DNA from: Myxococcota bacterium
Lineage (GTDB): Bacteria > Myxococcota > JACRCW01
Length of the DNA: 22,482 nucleotides
Reading direction: 5' to 3'
Assembly: GCA_040752415.1 (NCBI GenBank)
Contig: JBFMGU010000176.1
Span: forward strand, 1-22,482
Part shown: in pieces, positions 9,078-16,834 of the stretch
Layout of the letters: every line of letters begins with the position of its first letter
Position numbering within the stretch: the stretch's first letter is position 1
Notes under the pieces: model-generated
The model's database searches: none
What the model was told of the DNA's origin: nothing
Seen by the model: the letters and a program-made list of their open reading frames with translations, nothing else
Position numbers and translations under genes: made by a program

Positions 9078-10466
9078 ATGAAAGAGATGCCTGCGGTGGG
9101 TCGGAACGTCGGAAGCCCCCTGGTGGCGGGGGACCTGGTGAACATGTTGCGCGCAGCGTTGGCGCACGGAGACGTGGAGTCCGCGGTTCGACTGTATGAA
9201 CAGAGCGGCGGCACGGCGGCGCAGGTGCTGATGGACGCGCTGGATGCGCTCGGTGAGACGGAGAAGCTCTCCGTGGCGCAGCTCTTCTCGCTCGCGCGCG
9301 ACTTTGGCCACGCGGCCATGGTGTTCACCAAGCTGGGCCGTCACGGCGACGCTGCCGCGCTCTACGAGCAGTCTGGTGAGTACGTCCTGGCCGCGCGCGC
9401 CCACCAGGCCGCGGGAAACCTGCTGGCCGCCGGCGCGGCGTATGAACGCGGGGGCAAGGCCCAGGCCGCGCTGGAGGTGTACGCGCAGGCCGGCGCGCAT
9501 GACGCCGCGGCGCATTGCCTGGTCCGCGAGCGTCGCTTCTTTGACGCCGCCACGCTCTACCGGAACCTCGGCAACACCCAGGGTGAGGTGGACATGCTCT
9601 ACCGCGTGCCGGTGGCCAGCCCCCAACGCCCCTTCGCGGTGCTGCGTCTCTCGGAGCTGCTGGAGCAGTTTGGCCACGTGGACCAGGCGGTGCAGCTCAT
9701 GACGGAGACGGTGGCGCAGAACGCCGGCGCGCGTGTCGACGTGGCGTTCAACCAGCGCCTGGTGCACCTGTGCGAGGTGGGCGGTCAGGCGGAGCTGGCT
9801 GCGCAGGCGCGTGCGCACGTGCAGGCGTTGCAGAGCGGCACCGGACCCGCGCCCATGACGGCACCGCTCAGCCAGTCCCAGGAGATGCGCGCGCTGCTGG
9901 AGCCGCACAACGCGCAGGCCGCGGAAAGGCTGGAGTCTCGTCGGAAGCGCCGCAGCACCGCACCTGAGCTGCAGAGCGCGAGCGTGGCGCAGGTGGACCC
10001 GTTTGCGGACCTCCTGGCGCGCGACCCCGCCATGGCCAGCGCCTACCAGCACCTCAAGCAGCTCCCGTTCTTCGCCGAGCTCAGCCTGCCGGACATGCAG
10101 GCCATCTACCGCATCTGCATCCACGTCAGTTATCCGGCCGAGGCGGTGATCATTGAGCAGGGCGCGGGGGGAAGCGGGCTCCTCGTCGTGCTGCAGGGCT
10201 CGGTGCACGTGCTGCGGGTGGGCGGCGCCGCGCCGGTGCACCTGGCCACGTTGGGGCCGGGGGAGTCGTTGGGGGAGATGTCCATCGTCGACGCGCTGCC
10301 CACCAGCGCCCGCGTGGTGGCCGCCACGCCGGTGAGCGCGTTGTTCATGCCGCGCGACGCGTTGAGTGAATACCTGGCCACCCATGACAGCGCCGCGCTC
10401 CGCATCTTCCGCGTGCTCACACGCACCCTGGTGGAGCGCCTCCGCGCCGCCAACCTGCGGGGATGA
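9078..10466 (+). CDS. TPR/SNAP-like repeat protein with C-terminal cyclic-nucleotide-binding domain
   Basis: AAALYEQSGEY / AGAAYERGGK / ALEVYAQAG helical repeats. LKQLPFFAELS...IIEQG..GSGLLVVLQGSVHV...LGPGESLGEMSIVDALPTSARVVA. Confidence 0.88.
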   Translation: MKEMPAVGRNVGSPLVAGDLVNMLRAALAHGDVESAVRLYEQSGGTAAQVLMDALDALGETEKLSVAQLFSLARDFGHAAMVFTKLGRHGDAAALYEQSGEYVLAARAHQAAGNLLAAGAAYERGGKAQAALEVYAQAGAHDAAAHCLVRERRFFDAATLYRNLGNTQGEVDMLYRVPVASPQRPFAVLRLSELLEQFGHVDQAVQLMTETVAQNAGARVDVAFNQRLVHLCEVGGQAELAAQARAHVQALQSGTGPAPMTAPLSQSQEMRALLEPHNAQAAERLESRRKRRSTAPELQSASVAQVDPFADLLARDPAMASAYQHLKQLPFFAELSLPDMQAIYRICIHVSYPAEAVIIEQGAGGSGLLVVLQGSVHVLRVGGAAPVHLATLGPGESLGEMSIVDALPTSARVVAATPVSALFMPRDALSEYLATHDSAALRIFRVLTRTLVERLRAANLRG

Positions 10467-10549
10467 CCGGCTGACGACGGACGCGTTCCCGTGGCTGGAT
10501 GCACCGGATGGCCAATTTGTTCTGACGCAGCCGCTGACGTCCGGAAGGC

Positions 10550-11338
10550 TCACCGGCCCGCGCGCTCGCGCTGGCGCACTGCCTCGAACAGGAGCAGCGC
10601 CGCGGTCACCGACACGTTCAACGAGTCCGCCACCCCGCGCATGGGGATGGCCACGCGGGTGCTCGCGCTCTTGCGCCACGCTTCGTCCAACCCCTCCGCT
10701 TCCGCGCCCACCACCAGGGCCACCGCGCCAGTGAGGTCCGCGTCGGTGTAGCGCACGCTGGCCTCCGGGGTGGCCGCCACCACGCGCACGCCGTGGTCCT
10801 GCAGCCAGGCCATGACGTCCAAGCGCGAGGCGCAGCTGATGGGCAGGCTGAACACCGCGCCGGTGCTGGAGCGGATGCAGTTGGGATTGAACAGGTCAAA
10901 CTTCTCGTCGTCGATGATCACGCCGGAGGCGCCCGCGGCGTCGGCGGAGCGCAGGATGGCGCCCACGTTGCCCGGCTTCTCCAGCCCGCTGCACACCAGG
11001 AAGAGCCCGCGCTCCGCCGGCAACGCGCTGAGCGGCCGGGTCCGTGCGCGCACCACCGCCACGAACCCCTGCGGGTTCTCCTGGTAGCTCATCTTGTGCA
11101 ACACCGCTTCGTTGACGCTGGCGAGCCGCGCGCCCTCCCGCACCGCGCGACGCACCGCCTCGTCGTCATCACGCGTGGCGTAGACCTCGGTCACCGTCAG
11201 GCCGGCGTCCAGGGCGCGGGTAAGCTCCCGGGTGCGCTCGATGCAGAACAGCCCCGCTTCCCGACGGTCCGCGCTGGAGCGCTGCAACCGGACCACGTCC
11301 TTGACGCGCGGGTTGTTGACGCTGGTGATGTCCGTCAT
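10550..11338 (-). CDS. TrmH/SpoU-family RNA 2'-O-methyltransferase
   Basis: ITSVNNPRVK, LEKPGNVGAILRSADAAG, VVGAEAEGL, IPMRGVADSLNVSVTAALLLFE. Confidence 0.95.
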   Translation of the reverse strand: MTDITSVNNPRVKDVVRLQRSSADRREAGLFCIERTRELTRALDAGLTVTEVYATRDDDEAVRRAVREGARLASVNEAVLHKMSYQENPQGFVAVVRARTRPLSALPAERGLFLVCSGLEKPGNVGAILRSADAAGASGVIIDDEKFDLFNPNCIRSSTGAVFSLPISCASRLDVMAWLQDHGVRVVAATPEASVRYTDADLTGAVALVVGAEAEGLDEAWRKSASTRVAIPMRGVADSLNVSVTAALLLFEAVRQRERAGR

Positions 11339-11718
11339 CGACGCCACGCACCCAGGCGCCGGTACACCCACGCCTCGAACGCCACCACGGGGAACACGGT
11401 GAGCGCGAGCCACCGTCCCCGCGGCTGCACCACCCGCTTCCTCCCCACCGTGAGCATGACCAGGTCACTGAGCTCGGCGGCCATGCGGAACGCAATTCCC
11501 CGACGGAGCTTCTCGGGGTCGCGCCCGGCGGCCAGGATGTTGAGCCCCAGCACCACGTCGCGCACCGCCAGCACGCGGGAGAGCTGCAGCCCGCCGCGCG
11601 ACGACGTCTCCAATCCCAGCGCGCGGCCCACCTGCGCGGGACGCACCAGCGCCACACCGCCCAGCGCCACGCTGCCCACGCCCACTCCCACCGCCAGCCA
11701 GCGCGAGATGCGGTCCAT
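11335..11718 (-). CDS. Small membrane protein (DUF4267-like)
   Basis: Hydrophobic segments and LAVRDVVLG. GAGG RBS. Stop overlaps the TrmH start (ATGA). Confidence 0.7.
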   Translation of the reverse strand: MDRISRWLAVGVGVGSVALGGVALVRPAQVGRALGLETSSRGGLQLSRVLAVRDVVLGLNILAAGRDPEKLRRGIAFRMAAELSDLVMLTVGRKRVVQPRGRWLALTVFPVVAFEAWVYRRLGAWRR

Positions 11719-11730
11719 GCGCAACCTCGC

Positions 11731-12510
11731 TCAGGAGAAGCGGGAGAAGTCCGGCTTGCGCTTCTCGAAGAACGCGCTGAAGGCCTCCATGGCCTCCTCG
11801 GAGCGCAGCCGCTCGACGAAGATGTCGCCCTCCTCCTTGAGCGCGCGCATCACCTGTTCCCTGGTCCCGGCGCGCAGCAGCTTCTTGGTGGCGCGCAGGG
11901 AGGCGGGCGGCTTCTGTGCCAGGGTGGCGGCGCGCGTCTGCACCTCGGTGGCAAGGCGATCCGCGGGAATGACGTCGGTGATGAGGCCCAGCTCCTTGGC
12001 CTTGCGCGCGTCGAACACCTCGCTGAAGTACAGCAGCTCGCTGGCGCGCGGCGCGCCCATGATGCGCGGCAAGAGGAAGCTGGAGGCGCCCTCCGGCACC
12101 AGGCCCAGGTCGACGAAGGGGAGACGGAACTTCGCGGTCTCGTCGGCGTAGACCAGGTCGCAGTGCAGCAGCAGGGTGGTGCCAATGCCAATGGCCGGAC
12201 CCTGCACCGCGCACAGGATGGGCTTCTCCAGCTCCACCAGGGAGAGCAGGAACTGGATCACCGGGCTGTCCAGGCCCGCCGGCGGCACGTTCATGAAGTC
12301 CGCCAGGTCATTACCCGCGGTGAAGCTCCCGCCCGCGCCGGTGAGGACCAACGCGCGCACGCTCTTGTCGTTGTTCGCCTCCCGGATGGCGCGCACCGCC
12401 AACTGGTACATGGCCACCGTCAGCGCGTTCTTCTTGTCGGGGCGGTTGAAGGTGATGGTCAACACCCCGCCGTCCTGGCGCGTGGTGATGGGACTGGGTG
12501 CTTCACTCAT
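11731..12510 (-). CDS. Enoyl-CoA hydratase/isomerase (crotonase family)
   Basis: ITFNRPDKKNALT, FTAGNDLADF, GPAIGIGTTLLLHCD, PFVDLGLVPEGASS, FFEKRKPDFS. The track ORF is over-extended upstream. Confidence 0.95.
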   Translation of the reverse strand: MSEAPSPITTRQDGGVLTITFNRPDKKNALTVAMYQLAVRAIREANNDKSVRALVLTGAGGSFTAGNDLADFMNVPPAGLDSPVIQFLLSLVELEKPILCAVQGPAIGIGTTLLLHCDLVYADETAKFRLPFVDLGLVPEGASSFLLPRIMGAPRASELLYFSEVFDARKAKELGLITDVIPADRLATEVQTRAATLAQKPPASLRATKKLLRAGTREQVMRALKEEGDIFVERLRSEEAMEAFSAFFEKRKPDFSRFS

Positions 12511-12717
12511 GGTGGGCCTCATTGCCGCCCCGCCGGGCAGCCGGCTCCTCTTTACACCGCCTGGCTCCGGATGGGTTGTTCCTCCGCGCCGCGTGCATTT
12601 CCGGGAAGCCGGCGTGTGCATCAGACCGGCGCCCGTGTCGACGAGAAGCGCGAGCGCGGGATGGAGCGCACCGGGTGTCGTCGTTACAAGGTGGGACAAC
12701 CACCACAAGGGGATCCC

Positions 12718-13116
12718 ATGCGCATCCAACTCCAGTCGCTGCTGGGGGAGAGCTTCCACACCGCCACGGAAACCGAGGACGGGCAGAAGATCCTCACGGA
12801 GGCCCGTGAGCGCTACGTGTCGCGTTACGGCGGCATCGGCCATGGCGTCGAGGTCGAGGTGCCCGCGGAGCCCGACAGCATCTGGCTCACCGACGTGGTC
12901 CGCCAGATCGTCACCGAGTGTGAGACCAAGGGCATCGTGGCTCCGGATTGGAACGGCGCGTTCGTGTCCCTCCACTTCCGCGGGAAGGTGCACTTCATCC
13001 CGGCCAAGCTGTTCGTGGAGCTGGCGTGCAAGATGCTCGGCATGAAGCCGCAGGTGGCGGTGGCGCGCTTCAGTCGCGGCGTTCCCCGTCCCGGGGAGGC
13101 CCGTCCCGGCGCGTGA
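12718..13116 (+). CDS. Conserved hypothetical protein (resembles myxobacterial STAUR_1299-type proteins)
   Basis: AAGGGG RBS and high GC3. WLTDVVRQIVTECETKG...GAFVSLHFRGKVHFI. Family assignment is from memory and unverified. Confidence 0.65.
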   Translation: MRIQLQSLLGESFHTATETEDGQKILTEARERYVSRYGGIGHGVEVEVPAEPDSIWLTDVVRQIVTECETKGIVAPDWNGAFVSLHFRGKVHFIPAKLFVELACKMLGMKPQVAVARFSRGVPRPGEARPGA

Positions 13117-13132
13117 CGGCACGCTTGCTGCA
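13117..13132 (+). promoter_or_regulatory. Sigma-54-like -24/-12 promoter upstream of pcm
   Basis: CGGCACG-CTTG-CTGCA fits GG-N10-GC; it would give a near-leaderless transcript. Confidence 0.45.
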
Positions 13133-13147
13133 GCACCGGGGCGCATC

Positions 13148-13831
13148 ATGGGCACGGACCTGCAGCGTCGGGAGATGGTTGAGCGGCAGCTGGTGGCGCG
13201 GGGCATCACCGACGAGGCGGTGCTGCGGGCCATGGCCCAGGTTCCGCGGGAAGCGTTCGTGCGCGCGGACCTCGCCGACGTGGCCTACCGCGACACCCCA
13301 CTGCCCATTGACGAGGGACAGACCGTCTCGCAGCCATTCATCGTGGCGCTGATGGCCAGCGCTGCGCAGCTCCGTGGCCACGAGCGCGTGCTGGAGGTGG
13401 GCACCGGCTCGGGTTACGGGGCCGCGGTGCTTTCGCGGTTGGCGCAGCACGTCTACACCGTGGAGCGGCTGCAAGGACTGGCGCGCTCCGCGGCCACGCG
13501 CCTGCAACGCCTGGGCTACCGCAACATCACCGTCCTCCACGGCGACGGAACCCTGGGCGACCCCACCCACGCACCCTACGACGCCATCGTGGTCACCGCG
13601 GCGGCCCCGCGGGTTCCGGAGGCCTTGGTGGAGCAACTCGCCGACGGCGGACGGCTCGTCATTCCGGTGGCTCCGGAGCTGGATGCGCAAGCCCTGCGGC
13701 GCTTCACACGTGAGGGGGAAAGGCTGCGCAGCGAGGACCTGGGGATGGTGCAGTTCGTTCCGCTCGTCGGGGAGCACGGGTGGCGTCCGGTGGATGGCTC
13801 GTGGGAGCTGCAGCCTCCGGGTACGCACTGA
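13148..13831 (+). CDS. pcm: Protein-L-isoaspartate O-methyltransferase
   Basis: VPREAFV, AYRDTPLPIDEGQTVSQPFIVALM, VLEVGTGSGYGAAVL, APYDAIVVTAAAP, VQFVPLVG. Confidence 0.96.
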   Translation: MGTDLQRREMVERQLVARGITDEAVLRAMAQVPREAFVRADLADVAYRDTPLPIDEGQTVSQPFIVALMASAAQLRGHERVLEVGTGSGYGAAVLSRLAQHVYTVERLQGLARSAATRLQRLGYRNITVLHGDGTLGDPTHAPYDAIVVTAAAPRVPEALVEQLADGGRLVIPVAPELDAQALRRFTREGERLRSEDLGMVQFVPLVGEHGWRPVDGSWELQPPGTH

Positions 13832-13836
13832 GGGCT

Positions 13837-14595
13837 TCACGACGTCAACAGGTCCAGCAGCGGCCCCGGCGCGTCGATGTGGATGAAGTGTCCCGCGCCC
13901 GGGATGGTGTCCACGCGCACGCCCGCCTGCTGCATGCGCGCCGCCGCCTCGTCGGTGACGTAGCCGGATTGGCCGCCGCGGATGGCGCGGATGCGGGTGC
14001 GTCCGGACTCCACGGCGGGCCAGAGATCCTCGACGTTGCCCCGGGCCCGCAGCTCCGCCAGCGCGGTGCGGTCCACGCGCCAACGCAGTCCGCTCTCGTC
14101 GCGCACCAGGTTCATGAGCAGCCAATCGGCGATGTTGGGCGGCACGCCGCGCTCCCTCAGGAGCTCGCGCACGCTGGCGCGGTCGGTGGGATGGGCCGGC
14201 GCGTCGACGAGCGCTTGCAACACGAAGTCGCCGAACTCGATGGGCCCGGGTGCAATGTCCAGCAGCGTGAGGGGGCCCACGGCATGCGGGGCCAGCAGCG
14301 CGGCCTTCAGCGCCACGCGTCCGCCCAGCGAATGCCCCACGATCTCGACGGGCTGCGCCAGGGCGAGGTGGTTGGCCAGCGCCAGCACGTCGCCAGCGAG
14401 GGTGCCGAGGTCCGCGCCCGGCGGAAGCGGGGGAGAGGAGCCGTGGCCGGTCAGGTCGGCCGCCACCAGGCGACGCGACGGGTCGCGCTCCGCCCAGCGT
14501 CGGGCCAGCGTGCCCAGGTTGCGGGCGGAGCCCAGGAAGCCGTGCAGCAGGATGGCCACGCGGTCACCTTGGCCATGGATCTCGTGTGCAAGCAT
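13837..14595 (-). CDS. Alpha/beta hydrolase (YbfF-like esterase)
   Basis: LLHGFLGSARN, DLTGHGSSP, GHSLGG nucleophile elbow, LLDIAP, GAGHFIHIDAP. Confidence 0.93.
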   Translation of the reverse strand: MLAHEIHGQGDRVAILLHGFLGSARNLGTLARRWAERDPSRRLVAADLTGHGSSPPLPPGADLGTLAGDVLALANHLALAQPVEIVGHSLGGRVALKAALLAPHAVGPLTLLDIAPGPIEFGDFVLQALVDAPAHPTDRASVRELLRERGVPPNIADWLLMNLVRDESGLRWRVDRTALAELRARGNVEDLWPAVESGRTRIRAIRGGQSGYVTDEAAARMQQAGVRVDTIPGAGHFIHIDAPGPLLDLLTS

Positions 14596-14662
14596 GGCGC
14601 GGTTCTACCCAATGGCCGGGGTCGCCGCCCAACCCACCGTCGCGCGCAGGACGGCACAGGCC

Positions 14663-14951
14663 CTGCGAGCGGCAGCGTGTCCGACGACAAAACGCCGCGA
14701 GCCCTGGAGTGCGCGTGCGAGCGCCGACGCGGTCCGTCGCCCCAGGGTGAGGCGCGAAGCACCGCCCTGGATCCGGTCACGGCGTTCCACCACGGCCACC
14801 GCGACGATGAGAGGAACCGATGTCGAACGGATCCAGGGCGGTGCATCGCGCCTCACGGTTCAACGCGCGTCCCGGTTGGCGCTCGCACGCGCACTCCAGG
14901 GCTTCTCCAGGGCTCGCGGCGTTTCATCGTCGGACACATTGCTGCTCGCAG
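14663..14951. repeat. Long inverted repeat (REPIN-like), 113/124-bp arms
   Basis: 14663-14775 is the reverse complement of 14828-14951, apart from a few substitutions, an 18-nt diverged segment and an 11-nt insertion duplicating CTCCAGGGCT in the right arm. Confidence 0.92.
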
Positions 14952-14952
14952 C

Positions 14953-15387
14953 TCAGAACGGCATGTTCTCGTCGACGGGATGGGGCGGCACGTCGTCAAA
15001 AGCGCCGGAGTGGGCCGGCGTGGGACGCTGCTCCCGCACGCCGCCCGCGTTGGGCCCGCTGCCCAGGAACATCACTTTGTCCGCCAGCACCTCGGTGGAG
15101 TAGCGCTTGTTCCCGTCCTTGTCGTTCCACTCCCGCGTCTGCAGCCGGCCCTCCGCGAACACCTGGCGACCCTTCTGCAGGAACTGCCCGGCGTTCTCCG
15201 CCGTCTTCCCAAAACACACCAGGCTCACCCACTCCGTCTTGTCCTCCCAGTTCCCCTCCCGCGTCTTCGCGCGCTCCGTGCATGCCACGCGCATGTTGCA
15301 CACCGCCGTCCCCGACGCCGTGAAACGCACCTCCGGGTCCTTGCCCAGGTTGCCAATCAGTGAGACGCGCACAAACCCTGCAGCCAT
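14953..15387 (-). CDS. ssb: Single-stranded DNA-binding protein (likely paralog)
   Basis: LIGNLGKDPEVRFT, KTEW, GRQVFAEGRLQTREW, acidic tail ending DENMPF. GGAGG RBS. Confidence 0.95.
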   Translation of the reverse strand: MAAGFVRVSLIGNLGKDPEVRFTASGTAVCNMRVACTERAKTREGNWEDKTEWVSLVCFGKTAENAGQFLQKGRQVFAEGRLQTREWNDKDGNKRYSTEVLADKVMFLGSGPNAGGVREQRPTPAHSGAFDDVPPHPVDENMPF

Positions 15388-15650
15388 CGCAGCACCTCCA
15401 ACGCGGGGCCACGCTTGTGGTCCGGCCCCAGTCACACGGTGGTGGCGCGCGCGCGGTGCGGCAGTCAACCCGGTTCGCGGTCGTTGGAGGGGCAACCGCG
15501 GCGCAACCTCGGGTGGTTGGTCTCGTGCCGGTGGAGCCATGCCGGGCGCGGGGTGGGAACATCCCCGACGGGGAATGCGGTTGGAGACCCGGATCATCGC
15601 GACGGACGTGACGCGCACTTCCGCGCGCAGCCGACGCACGGAGGGGTTTC

Positions 15651-16022
15651 ATGGCGCGAAACGCACGGCCGGGGAAGACCCGGACCACCAACAAGGGCAG
15701 GACGGTGCGCACGGAGTTCGGCACCACGCGGCGCCTGCGTACCACCGGGGGTGAGCGCATGCTCGGCACGCACGGCACCAAGGCGTCGCGCACCGGCACC
15801 ACCGCCGGACGCACCAAGCGTCGTGCCGCCACCGGCGATCGACCGCTGGGCCAGACCGCTTCCCGCACCAAGGGCATGCGCGGGGCCAAGCCGCGTTCCC
15901 GCGTGGCGGCCACGGGCACCACCGCGCGGACCACCACCGCACGGGGCGGAGCACGCAAGGGCGCGTCCCGCACCACCACCGGTCGCACCACGCGTGCGCG
16001 GACCCGGACGCGTCGGAGCTGA
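15651..16022 (+). CDS. Small, extremely basic Arg/Thr/Gly-rich protein (histone-H1/protamine-like composition)
   Basis: GGAGGGG RBS and preferred codons (ACC, CGC, AAG). 123 aa with 28 R, 7 K, about 31 T and 3 acidic residues. Confidence 0.75.
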   Translation: MARNARPGKTRTTNKGRTVRTEFGTTRRLRTTGGERMLGTHGTKASRTGTTAGRTKRRAATGDRPLGQTASRTKGMRGAKPRSRVAATGTTARTTTARGGARKGASRTTTGRTTRARTRTRRS

Positions 16023-16091
16023 AGCACCCACGCAGCAAACCCGGCGGGCACGGACGTCACGGCACGTTCGTGCCCGTCGTCATTTCCGGCG

Positions 16092-16178
16092 TCACGTGGC
16101 GGAGAGGAACGGCGTGAGATGGGAGAGCACCAGCTCCGGCGTGTCCACGTGCGCAAAGTGCGGGTGTCCGCCATCCGG
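16092..16178 (-). pseudogene. Possible C-terminal remnant of an alpha/beta hydrolase
   Basis: Minus frame reads PDGGHPHFAHVDTPELVLSHLTPFLSAT*, GC3-rich. Resembles the catalytic-His end (compare GHFIHIDAPGPLL in 13837-14595). No convincing start or RBS. Confidence 0.45.
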
Positions 16179-16179
16179 C

Positions 16180-16479
16180 TAAGTACCTGGCCAGAAGTTC
16201 CTTCACATCTGGAGGAGCTCCGGTTGAGCCCGGACAGCCCGAGCCAAAGCGGTATTTCAGACCGCACTCCCAAAGGTGGCGGGCGCCGCGAGCGCGCTTT
16301 CATCGGATTGCCCGCACCGCGGCTGCTCGTCGGGAACTCTGCGTGCCGGCTTCTCCGCCCAATGGGATGGGCGCGGCCGGCACCTTGGGAGTGCGGTCTG
16401 AAATACCGCTTTTGGCTCGAGCTGTCCGGGCTCAACCGGAGTCTTCCCAGATGTGAAGGAACTTCTGGCCAGGTACTTA
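16180..16479. mobile_element. Non-autonomous MITE-like element with about 100-bp terminal inverted repeats, TA-flanked
   Basis: 16178-16278 is the reverse complement of 16381-16481 (first 35 bp perfect). TA|AGTACCTGGCCAGAAG...CTTCTGGCCAGGTACT|TA. No ORF of note inside. Confidence 0.75.
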
Positions 16480-16821
16480 GCGGGCCGCCGCCACTTCCGC
16501 GCAGCCCAGGCAGTGCGCGGCTTCCGGGGCGGCGCGCAGCCGCTTGGGCTCGATGCGGTTGCCACAGGAGATGCACCAGCCCCAGGCGCCGTCGTTCATC
16601 CGCTTGAGCGCCGCGTCAATGCGCTGCACCTCCCTGCGCTCGGTCTCCTGCAGGCTGCCCAGCACGGTGTGCATCTCGTCGTCCAGCGCGGTGTCCACCC
16701 AGTCGCCGCCGCGTGCGGTCATCAGCTCCAGCTCCTCGCCCTGCAGCGTGCGCACGCGTCGCAGCAGCGTCTCCCGACGCTCCACCAGGCTCTTGCGCGC
16801 CCCATCCATGAGCGGATCCAT
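16477..16821 (-). CDS. TraR/DksA-family C4 zinc-finger protein
   Basis: AAAGGAGG RBS. Coiled-coil tip GDWVDTA (DxxDxA). IDAALKRMNDGAWGWCISC...CLGC. Confidence 0.92.
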   Translation of the reverse strand: MDPLMDGARKSLVERRETLLRRVRTLQGEELELMTARGGDWVDTALDDEMHTVLGSLQETERREVQRIDAALKRMNDGAWGWCISCGNRIEPKRLRAAPEAAHCLGCAEVAAAR

Positions 16822-16834
16822 CGCCCACCTCCTT

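Noticed and set aside
8679..10679. 666-aa minus-strand ORF (likewise 10793-12151, 13780-15363, 14996-16576)
   Set aside because: Overlaps well-supported genes on the opposite strand or in another frame; no recognisable domains.
12511..13233. N-terminal extension of the 500-aa enoyl-CoA hydratase ORF
   Set aside because: Shadow of the plus-strand gene 12718-13116; crotonase similarity starts near 12510.
16119..16607. ORFs with the repeated peptide LSTWPEVPSHL on both strands
   Set aside because: A by-product of the inverted repeat arms.
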